A DNA stretch of 24,000 nt, taken from assembly GCA_007753915.1 (NCBI GenBank), contig CP036352.1, positions 2,767,306-2,791,305 on the forward strand, in the 5' to 3' direction. The first letter of the stretch is position 1; each line of letters opens with the position of its first letter. This stretch comes from Phycisphaerae bacterium RAS2. GTDB lineage: Bacteria; Planctomycetota; Phycisphaerae; UBA1845; UTPLA1. This document shows positions 17,507 to 24,000 of this stretch, in pieces. The translations under genes were made by a program, and so were the position numbers. The notes below the pieces were generated by a model, which worked only from the letters and a program-made list of their open reading frames with translations, made no database searches and was not told the DNA's origin.

Positions 17507-17534
17507 ATAATAAGTCACGTGGAGGCGAAGTCAA
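17507..17534 (-). promoter_or_regulatory. Candidate sigma70-type promoter for the GT2-BshC-like-dcw operon
   Basis: The minus strand reads TTGACT (17534-17529), a 16-nt spacer, then TATTAT (17512-17507). Each hexamer matches consensus at 5/6 positions. It lies 37 nt upstream of the GT2 ATG in a locally AT-richer divergent intergenic region. Confidence 0.4.
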
Positions 17535-17697
17535 AGGAAATGCGTGCTTCCGCACGGCGGGGAATCGCCCTATCTCTCGGCGGATTCTCGGTTTGCACGT
17601 TTCGTTTGCCGATAATAACGAAGATCGCGCCGGCCCGACAACTGCGCAAGCCACCGCGCCGACGGCCGCGCGATCCATCAAACGGGCTGTTTTCGCG

Positions 17698-18567
17698 ATG
17701 ACCTTCAGAAGTATTGGATTGGCCCCCCATCGACTCGTTGCGCTGCCGGCAGTCGGCGCAATGCTTGTTGGCTGCGCCGCAACGAACCAGCGTCTGATGG
17801 AGCCGATTCACAAATCGACCGCTTCATGGGAGCTGAAGCGCGCCGAAGATCACGCCCAGCGCGGGCGCGATGAAAGCGCGGCCGATGCCTTCCAGCGGGC
17901 GATTCGCCATGACCCGCGCTGCGCGGCCGCCCATGCCGGTCTGGCGCGGCTTCGTCTGCAACAGGGGGCGATGGACCTGGCCGCCGGAAGCTTTCGATCC
18001 GCCGTCAAGTACGATCCGCAGCGGTTTGAGTATGCGATGGAACTCGCCGATTGTCTGCGCATCGGCGCAGCCCAGCATGCTGATCCACGCGCGCAACTGG
18101 CTGATGCCATTCGGGCCTACCAGTATGCCGAGTCGCTGGACGGCACGAGATACGAGCCGGTCTTCGGCATTGGTGTCAGCTATCGCCTGCTGGGAGACGT
18201 CGATCGCGCATTGGACCATCTCCGCCGCGCGATCGGGTTGAATCCGGCGGCCGTCGCGCCGCACATCGAAAAGGCGGCAGCGCATTTTGCCCGGAACGAG
18301 TATCGCAACGCGCTCGCCGAATACCGCCAGATTCTGGAGATTGACCCGAACAATGTGGCCGCGCACAACGGCGCCGGGCGTGTGAACGCCGTGCTGGCAA
18401 GGGCGCGCGGCCCGCGCGGGGCGCTGGCTCGCGAGCGAGCAGTCGCGCATTTCCGCCGATCGCTTGAGTTGGGGACCAATCAGGCTGACATCCGCAAGTC
18501 GCTCGCCGAGTTGGAGATGTACCGATACCCCGGCGTGCAGGTCGTCCGCGATGAGCCGGAAGATTGA
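17698..18567 (+). CDS. TPR-repeat lipoprotein
   Basis: ATG 17698 gives MTFRSIGLAPHRLVALPAVGAMLVGC, with a lipobox LVGC. Several TPR-like helical pairs follow (AFQRAIRHDPRCAAAH..., ALDHLRRAIGLNP..., ALAEYRQILEIDPNNVAAH...). The upstream 1 kb of the 643-aa track ORF is antisense to the GT2/BshC-like genes and is rejected. Confidence 0.8.
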   Translation: MTFRSIGLAPHRLVALPAVGAMLVGCAATNQRLMEPIHKSTASWELKRAEDHAQRGRDESAADAFQRAIRHDPRCAAAHAGLARLRLQQGAMDLAAGSFRSAVKYDPQRFEYAMELADCLRIGAAQHADPRAQLADAIRAYQYAESLDGTRYEPVFGIGVSYRLLGDVDRALDHLRRAIGLNPAAVAPHIEKAAAHFARNEYRNALAEYRQILEIDPNNVAAHNGAGRVNAVLARARGPRGALARERAVAHFRRSLELGTNQADIRKSLAELEMYRYPGVQVVRDEPED

Positions 18568-18611
18568 TCGTCGCCGCGGCAGGCAGTGCCCACCCATCGG
18601 CTCGCTGATTA

Positions 18612-20042
18612 CTACTTTCGTGTTCGTCGTCTGACATTTCGACGGCGCAGGCCCACCAGCCCCAGCACCATCAACGGCAACATGCTGCCGCCCATCGGGC
18701 CGCAAAGGCCGGCGCCGCAATCGGCGGAACCGTTGCCATTCCCGTTGTCGTTGCCATTGCCGTTGCCGTTTCCGTTTCCATTGCCGTTGCCGTTGTCATT
18801 TCCGTTGCCATTGCCATTCCCGTTGTTGTTGCCGTTGTCCGGGGCCGGGTCATAGCGCAACGCCCGCTCGTTAAATCGATCACCGGCGTACAGTGCGCCG
18901 TTGGGTCCGCAGGCCACGCCCCCGACATCAAACAACGTGCTCGCGCTGACGCCGCCGGGATTGTTGGTGTTCCCGGAGAAGTCAGTCTGCCCGAATACGC
19001 GATCCGCCGTGTTATCGTTGGCCGGATCGGTGAACTCCAGGATGCGATCATTGATCGAATCGGCGACATAGAGATTGCCGCTGACCGGATCAATGGCCAC
19101 GCTGACCGGCGTGTCCATCTTAATGGCGCTTGTCCCTGAAGTACCCGTCGTGAAATTCGGCTGGCCGAACACATGCGACGCGGCCTTGTTGTTGGAGAGC
19201 GGCGGCTCATAGCGTACAACCCGATTGTTTCCCTGATCCGCCACGTAAACATTGCCGTTGGCATCCACCGTCACGCCCTCGGGATTGTTCAGCGTGTTCG
19301 CCGCGGGCACCGGGTTTGCGTCATTCTGGTTCCGCTCTTTAGACGTGAAATTCGGCTGACCCAGCACAATGTCGGCCGTGGTGTCCGTCGTCGTGGGCGA
19401 GTTGTACACCAGCACGCGGTGCAGATTGAGATCCGCAAGATACAAATTATCGCTCGGGTCGATGCCGACACCGTCGGGGTTGCCGAGGTTGTCGGCGGTC
19501 GGATTCACCGCCTGATCCTTCGTCGTGAAACTGCCGCCCTGTCCAAACACTTGCACGGCGGGTTCATTCGTCGCGAGAAACGGCGGGTCGTATCGGAGAA
19601 TACGCTTGTTGCCCGAGTCCGCCACATAAAGCTTGCCGGTTGAGTCAACGACCGCGCCGCGCGGGCCCGAAAGCGTCAGCTCCGAAGGATTCGCATTGCC
19701 GCGGTTCTCATCGACGCCCGCGAAGTCCGCCTGGCCCAGCACGATGTCGGCCGCCTGACCGTTGGTGAAAGCCGCTGCATCGGGCCATGACAACACGCGA
19801 TTGTTGCCCGTGTCGCAAACCCACAACCGGCCGGACGCCTGATCCACCGTCAGACCACGAACGCCGTTCAACGTCGAGGCGGAAGGCGTTCCGCCCTGAT
19901 TACTTTGATTGCTGGTGAAATTGTTCTGCCCGACAACCCCGTCGGCGACCGTGTCTTCCGGAGCGGCCGCGGCGGAACCCGCCCACAGGCTGATGGTCAG
20001 CGCGCAAACACACAGGGGCTTCAACAAAGACCTGCATCGCAT
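18612..20042 (-). CDS. Secreted six-bladed NHL-repeat beta-propeller protein with (Asn-Gly)n linker and C-terminal Cys-motif/TM/Arg-rich anchor
   Basis: ATG 20042 is preceded by AAGGAG. The signal peptide is MRCRSLLKPLCVCALTISLWAGSAAAA. Six NHL repeats are visible, for example GRLWVCDTGNNRVLSW, GKLYVADSGNKRILRY, DNLYLADLNLHRVLVY, GNVYVADQGNNRVVRY, GNLYVADSINDRILEF and GALYAGDRFNERALRY. The C-terminus is DNGNNNGNGNG...GNG followed by SADCGAGLCGPMGGSMLPLMVLGLVGLRRRNVRRRTRK. Confidence 0.9.
   Translation of the reverse strand: MRCRSLLKPLCVCALTISLWAGSAAAAPEDTVADGVVGQNNFTSNQSNQGGTPSASTLNGVRGLTVDQASGRLWVCDTGNNRVLSWPDAAAFTNGQAADIVLGQADFAGVDENRGNANPSELTLSGPRGAVVDSTGKLYVADSGNKRILRYDPPFLATNEPAVQVFGQGGSFTTKDQAVNPTADNLGNPDGVGIDPSDNLYLADLNLHRVLVYNSPTTTDTTADIVLGQPNFTSKERNQNDANPVPAANTLNNPEGVTVDANGNVYVADQGNNRVVRYEPPLSNNKAASHVFGQPNFTTGTSGTSAIKMDTPVSVAIDPVSGNLYVADSINDRILEFTDPANDNTADRVFGQTDFSGNTNNPGGVSASTLFDVGGVACGPNGALYAGDRFNERALRYDPAPDNGNNNGNGNGNGNDNGNGNGNGNGNGNGNDNGNGNGSADCGAGLCGPMGGSMLPLMVLGLVGLRRRNVRRRTRK
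18729..18839 (-). repeat. Imperfect hexanucleotide tandem repeat (GGN-AAY)n encoding a 37-residue Asn-Gly/Asp-Asn-Gly tract inside the NHL gene
   Basis: The + strand shows reiterated GTTGCC/ATTGCC/ATTTCC units, about 18 in total. The translation is DNGNNNGNGNGNGNDNGNGNGNGNGNGNGNDNGNGNG. Confidence 0.9.
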
Positions 20043-20126
20043 GGGGAACTCCTTGAAAGCGACGTTGCCGCGAGGCTGCTCACTCATAACGCAGTGGGAA
20101 CAGAATGCTCCGCACCGCGGATGGAA

Positions 20127-21470
20127 TCAGGGGAATATACCGCGCTCTTTGTAAACCGTCTCCAGCGCCTGAAGCGCCACGATGTAGGCGGCCGTCCGCC
20201 AGTCCGTGTGGTGCTTCTTCGCCGTGTCGCGCACGCGGCGATACGAGCCGACGATCTTCTTCTTCAGCTTGCCGTCCACTTCATCCAGATCCCAGAACTC
20301 GCTGCGCTTGTTTTGCAGCCACTCGAAATAGCTCACAATCACGCCGCCGCTGTTGCACAAGATGTCCGGGATAACGTGAATCCCCCGCTTTTGCAGAATC
20401 TCATCCCCCTCCGGATCGGTCGGCCCGTTCGCCCCCTCGGCCACCAGCTTGCAATCCAGCAGACCGGCCGTCTCGCCGGTGATCTGATTCTCCATCGCAG
20501 CCGGAATAAAGATGTCTGTCTTGGTTCGCAGGAAGCCCTCGTGATCGATTGACTCCCCGCGGGCGTAGCCGCGCACCCCGCCGTTGGATCGCACGTAGTC
20601 GGCGAGGTCTTCGACATCGAACCCGTTGCTGTTGGCGATCGCGCCGGTGTGATCCTCCACGGCGACCAGTTTCGACTCGTGCGCCGCAAGCAGCCTCGCC
20701 GCCCACGACCCGACGTTGCCGAATCCCTGCACCGTGAACGTCGCGCGCGACAGCGGCAGGTGATGATCCTTCGCCCATTCCTCGATGATGTAGGCCGCGC
20801 CCTGGCCCGTCGCCTTGTCGCGACCCACGCTGCCGCCGGAGACAATCGGTTTGCCGGTCACGACGTGCGTGCAGCGCTGCCGTTCGTGCGGCGCGACGGT
20901 CGACAAGTACGTATCCAGGAACCACGCCATGATCTGCGAATTGGTGTTCACATCGGGCGCGGGAATGTCGTACTCCGGGCCGACGTTGTCGCCCAGTGCG
21001 TACACGAACCGCCGCGTGATGCGCTCGATCTCCGCCTGGCTGTAACCTTTCGGGTCAAACGCAATGCCGCCCTTCGCCCCGCCATACGGCAAATCCGAAA
21101 TCGCCGTCTTCCACGTCATCCATGCCGCCAGCGCCCGCACCTCGTCAATCTCCACCGACGGGTGATAGCGCAAGCCGCCCTTGAACGGGCCGCGCGCGTT
21201 GTTGTGCTGCACGCGATACCCGGTGAACACTTCAATGCTCCCGTTGTCCATGCGAACGGGAAAATGCACGATGATTTCGTTTGTCGAGGTCGAAAGGATC
21301 CGCCGGATATTGGAATCCAGCTTCATCAGGTCCGCCGCCTTGTTGAACTGCTGGATCACCGTCGCATACAGGCCTGACGCCTTGCGCGCGTGACCGTTCG
21401 TCGGTTTGGCCGGCGCGGCCGCCTGTATGGGTTTGTCTGTCACGCTGGTCCCTGTCTTGACCGAGGTCAT
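20127..21470 (-). CDS. gdhA: Glutamate dehydrogenase (Glu/Leu/Phe/Val dehydrogenase family)
   Basis: FKGGLRYHPSV...LAAWMTWKTAISDLPYGGAKGGI is the catalytic Lys/Gly-rich signature. A Rossmann block FTVQGFGNVGSW is present, and the length is 447 aa. Confidence 0.95.
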   Translation of the reverse strand: MTSVKTGTSVTDKPIQAAAPAKPTNGHARKASGLYATVIQQFNKAADLMKLDSNIRRILSTSTNEIIVHFPVRMDNGSIEVFTGYRVQHNNARGPFKGGLRYHPSVEIDEVRALAAWMTWKTAISDLPYGGAKGGIAFDPKGYSQAEIERITRRFVYALGDNVGPEYDIPAPDVNTNSQIMAWFLDTYLSTVAPHERQRCTHVVTGKPIVSGGSVGRDKATGQGAAYIIEEWAKDHHLPLSRATFTVQGFGNVGSWAARLLAAHESKLVAVEDHTGAIANSNGFDVEDLADYVRSNGGVRGYARGESIDHEGFLRTKTDIFIPAAMENQITGETAGLLDCKLVAEGANGPTDPEGDEILQKRGIHVIPDILCNSGGVIVSYFEWLQNKRSEFWDLDEVDGKLKKKIVGSYRRVRDTAKKHHTDWRTAAYIVALQALETVYKERGIFP

Positions 21471-21536
21471 CCACGAAACTCCAGAAGGTCCCCGCCCTGC
21501 TCCGCACGGACACCGGGCGGCGAACGGAAGCGTAGC

Positions 21537-21545
21537 ATTCTACCA
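21537..21545 (-). promoter_or_regulatory. Candidate extended -10 promoter element upstream of the glutamate dehydrogenase gene
   Basis: The minus strand reads TGgTAGAAT (TG 21545-21544; TAGAAT 21542-21537), 67 nt upstream of ATG 21470. Only a weak -35 is present (TTGCGG at 15 nt or TTTGCG at 16 nt). Confidence 0.3.
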
Positions 21546-21627
21546 GACTCCCGACCGCCGCAAAAACGCCGCACTTTCCTCGGAAATCCGGGCTGCGCTC
21601 GCCCCCGATCCCCCGGACCGCCCCGAA

Positions 21628-22932
21628 CTAAAGCACCCGCACCCACGCCGCCTTCAGATACGCCGATTCGGGGCAGTTCGGCATCACCGGGTGGTCCGCC
21701 CCCGGGCCGCTCCAGTCCAGCCATTGAATCGACCGTTTGGCCGGCCGCGCCGCCCGCTCCACCGTCTCGCGGAACGTGGGCCGGTCCACCAGGCCGCTGC
21801 AACTGCACGTCAGCAGGATGCCGCCCGGCGCGACGACCTGCATCGACAGGCCGTTCAGGTCGTAGTACTTGCGGAGCGCGTCGTCCAGTTCCTCGCGAGA
21901 GCGTGCCAGTTTCGGCGGATCGCAGACAACAACGTCAAACTTCTTGCCATTGGCGATCAACTGCCGCAGGTAAATGAACGCGTCGCTGTGGACAAGATTC
22001 ACTCGTGCGCTGTTGAGATTCACGTTCTCCTTCGCGACGGCCAGCGCCGCCTCGTCGAGATCGACGCTCGTCACCTCTCTCGCGCCGCCGAGCACCTTCG
22101 CGCACAGTCCGAACGCCGCCGTGTAGCAGCACAGGTCGAGCACGCTCGCATCGCGGCACAGGCGGGATAATTTGAGACGATTGTCGCGTTGGTCGCAGAA
22201 GAACCCCGTCTTGTGCCCGCCCGCCATATCGACGCGATAGCGCACGCCGTGTTCGCGGATGATGACGCTTGACCCGCCGCGCGGATCCCCGTCGCCGCCG
22301 GTCAGCGGCTTCAACTCACCGCCGGCCACTTCCACCGCCCGCGGCTCGCCCACGCGGAAATCCTCCGCCATCTCCACGCCGCTGTCCGCCCGAAACACGA
22401 CCCGCCACGACGAACCCGCCCGGCCCGGCCGATCCAGACTCGCCGGCGCGCCCAGCGCCGCCGCCAATTCGCGCGCCAGCCTCTCCCGTTGCTCGTACAT
22501 CCCCCTTGAGAAAAACTCAAACACCAGCCAGTCGGCATACCGCTCGGCGATCAACCCGCTTAACCCGTCGCCCTCGGCGTGAATCACTCGGTACGCATCA
22601 GTGACCGCATCAAGATTCAGCCGTCGGCGCAACTCGACCGCCCGCGCGATGGCGCTGCGCCAGAATGCCTCGTCCGCCCGCGCCTCGCCGTACGTCAGCA
22701 TCCGCAGCGCGATCTGCGACCGCGGGTTGTACAACGCCTGCCCGAACAGCAAGCCCGACTTGTCGTAAACATGCACGACATCGCCCGGCCGCGCTCCCTC
22801 ATCCGCCGAGCGAATCATCCGCTTGAAAATGAACGGATGCCGCGTCACCGAGCGCAGCAACACCCACGGCCGCTGCATGGTCGCGGGCTGCGGGGTTGCG
22901 GGACTTCTTGGTGAATCGAAAGAACTCGCCAT
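21628..22932 (-). CDS. rlmI: RlmI-like SAM-dependent rRNA (cytosine-C5) methyltransferase (PUA + class I MTase)
   Basis: The N-terminal PUA-like block is HPFIFKRMI...GDVVHVYDKSGLLFGQALYNPRSQIALRML. The MTase blocks are VLDLCCYTAAFG, FDVVVCDPPKLA and GGILLTCSCS. Candidate starts are ATG 22932 (chosen), 22878 or 23013. Confidence 0.85.
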   Translation of the reverse strand: MASSFDSPRSPATPQPATMQRPWVLLRSVTRHPFIFKRMIRSADEGARPGDVVHVYDKSGLLFGQALYNPRSQIALRMLTYGEARADEAFWRSAIARAVELRRRLNLDAVTDAYRVIHAEGDGLSGLIAERYADWLVFEFFSRGMYEQRERLARELAAALGAPASLDRPGRAGSSWRVVFRADSGVEMAEDFRVGEPRAVEVAGGELKPLTGGDGDPRGGSSVIIREHGVRYRVDMAGGHKTGFFCDQRDNRLKLSRLCRDASVLDLCCYTAAFGLCAKVLGGAREVTSVDLDEAALAVAKENVNLNSARVNLVHSDAFIYLRQLIANGKKFDVVVCDPPKLARSREELDDALRKYYDLNGLSMQVVAPGGILLTCSCSGLVDRPTFRETVERAARPAKRSIQWLDWSGPGADHPVMPNCPESAYLKAAWVRVL

Positions 22933-23019
22933 GTCTCGGCGTAGTTTAGAGCATTTTGGTGCGGTGTGTGGCAGCCTACTCAACTCAATCGGCCCGAATT
23001 CCCGGCTGGTCAATCAAGT

Positions 23020-23038
23020 AGGTCGGGTCCGCCGACCT
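23020..23038. repeat. Left copy of a 13-bp inverted repeat (AGGTCGGGTCCGC, 23020-23032), itself part of a 7-bp-stem hairpin
   Basis: AGGTCGG (23020-23026), loop GTCCG, CCGACCT (23032-23038) form the hairpin. The 13-mer recurs exactly in reverse complement at 23693-23705. Confidence 0.6.
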
Positions 23039-23155
23039 GACGCTCATGGTCTGATCCGATCTATTTGGCTGAAATCAATACCTTGAAGTGCGCATGTTCC
23101 TGAGTTGTTGGTACGTCGTAAAAAATCATTTACGTCACCTCCAGCCGTACTCAGT

Positions 23156-23596
23156 TCATTTTCCTTGCGTATTTGTGATCCAGTCAACAGCTTCGGCAAC
23201 GGAGCGGAACTGTACACCGGACAAATTGGAGAATGCCCGTAGCGCTACCCGACGCACTTCGGGATCAAAATCGACAAGGCCTCGGGCGACGACTGCGGCA
23301 TCTTGCTGACTGCCGAAACATCCGATGCAATAAATGGCCTCAGCGCGATACTTCGTCGCACAGAAATCCTTGAGCACGGCAACAAAATTCTCGCGGCCGA
23401 TTTCTTGTTCTATCAACTTCCGATCTGTCGGGCCGGGACAGTCAAGGTCGCGTTGATGCTCGCAATAAATGATGTATGCATTCTTGATGCAGACCTCTTG
23501 TCGGGTTATGCATGCGCTGCAAATTGAAAGGAAGAGAGCCATTGCCACTGAAAGCAACGGTTTGCGGGATCGCAAGCTAAATCGCCCATGGCGCAT
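23156..23596 (-). CDS. Hypothetical small secreted Cys-rich protein with a HEAT-like C-terminal segment
   Basis: ATG 23596 (TTG 23614 is an alternative). The N-terminus MRHGRFSLRSRKPLLSVAMALFLSICSAC is signal-peptide-like. There are 10 Cys. DPEVRRVALRAFSNL resembles a HEAT/armadillo repeat. It lies in the low-GC segment, and no family was recognised. Confidence 0.5.
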   Translation of the reverse strand: MRHGRFSLRSRKPLLSVAMALFLSICSACITRQEVCIKNAYIIYCEHQRDLDCPGPTDRKLIEQEIGRENFVAVLKDFCATKYRAEAIYCIGCFGSQQDAAVVARGLVDFDPEVRRVALRAFSNLSGVQFRSVAEAVDWITNTQGK

Positions 23597-23683
23597 GCGC
23601 TGAATTCCAAGCAATCCGAAGGTACGTGATATCGAGGGCTAGTTCAGTAACTCGGATGTTTGCCTCGGACGTCGCAGGAAATT

Positions 23684-23705
23684 GTCGGGGTTGCGGACCC
23701 GACCT
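23684..23705. repeat. Right copy of the 13-bp inverted repeat (GCGGACCCGACCT, 23693-23705), within a 6-bp-stem hairpin
   Basis: GTCGGG (23684-23689), loop GTTGCGGA, CCCGAC (23698-23703) form the hairpin. 23693-23705 is the exact reverse complement of 23020-23032. Confidence 0.6.
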
Positions 23706-23768
23706 GCAAGGCACCCAAATTGTCAGAATGCCTCCGTTCATGCACATTCCCGGCGACACATAAACCCG

Positions 23769-24000
23769 TCACAATTCGCGGGAATCCAGAATTCGCCACG
23801 ACCCGTTGGCCTCTGGGTAAACAGGCTGTGCACCTCCAAGCGCGCAGAACAGGCTCGCCGCGCAGTCTGGATACTTATTAACGATACTTGTATAAACTCG
23901 TCGCTCGCTCAGCAAGTCTGAGAAATGTTTCGATATCCACTCCACATATGTGTTCAGCTCGCCTGGCACGAAAGTTGAAATGAAGATCAGACGTTCATAA
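23769..24000 (-). CDS. Possible 3' end of a hypothetical gene continuing beyond the window
   Basis: The frame is open from the window edge (...YERLIFISTFVPGELNTYVEWISKHFSDLLSERRVYTSIVNKYPDC...SREL*). It looks more protein-like than the overlapping + strand ORFs. The region is low-GC and no family was recognised. Confidence 0.3.
   Translation of the reverse strand, partial: YERLIFISTFVPGELNTYVEWISKHFSDLLSERRVYTSIVNKYPDCAASLFCALGGAQPVYPEANGSWRILDSREL

Noticed and set aside
16636-17697. N-terminal ~350 aa of the 643-aa + strand ORF 16636-18567.
   Set aside because: This part is antisense to the GT2 and BshC-like genes and looks like junk. A lipoprotein signal peptide with lipobox begins at ATG 17698, which I take as the true start of the TPR protein.
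18568-18611. Expected bidirectional terminator between the convergent TPR and NHL genes.
   Set aside because: Only an 8-bp palindrome (GCCGCGGC, 18573-18580) is present, with no stem-loop plus T-tract. No terminator can be supported.
18729-18839. Tandem short repeats that might be read as a CRISPR array or a non-coding satellite.
   Set aside because: The unit is only 6 nt, there are no spacers, and the tract is in frame within the NHL gene, encoding (Asn-Gly)n.
20043-20126. Small hairpin TCCGC-GGT-GCGGA downstream of gdh, considered as an intrinsic terminator.
   Set aside because: The stem is only 5 bp and the following T-tract is weak and interrupted, so this is not convincing.
21546-21627. 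GC-rich imperfect hairpins downstream of rlmI, considered as a terminator or small RNA.
   Set aside because: The stems are short or bulged and are followed by only a 3-T run. This cannot be distinguished from random GC-rich structure by eye.

Overview
High-GC (~65%) bacterial chromosomal window. No rRNA, tRNA, CRISPR array or transposase was recognised. The core is one long minus-strand cell-wall/division (dcw) operon at about 17469 to 3827. Its order is GT2 glycosyltransferase, divergent BshC-like protein, rsmH, bitopic LysM protein, ftsL-like, ftsI-type class B PBP, murE, murF, mraY, ftsW, murG. Several junctions are overlapping or tightly spaced: ATGA at BshC-like/rsmH, possible TTGA at GT2/BshC-like, and 13 nt at murE/murF. 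The cluster lacks mraZ, murD, murC, murB, ddl and ftsQ/A/Z, and murG is followed directly by an NCS1 transporter. The left flank holds a lexA 3' fragment, a small acidic zinc-ribbon membrane protein, an isochorismatase-family hydrolase and a CE4 polysaccharide deacetylase. The right flank holds a TPR lipoprotein, a secreted six-bladed NHL propeller with an (Asn-Gly)n linker and a Cys-containing C-terminal anchor, glutamate dehydrogenase and an RlmI-like methyltransferase. From ~23014 to the window end GC drops to ~43-50% in the two 60-nt samples counted. This segment contains a small secreted Cys-rich ORF bracketed by a perfect 13-bp inverted repeat. The most unusual items are the GT2 + BshC-like module in the mraZ position and the LysM protein inside the dcw operon. 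Most long ORFs antisense to these genes are high-GC artefacts. All product calls rest on motifs read by eye, since no database search was possible.
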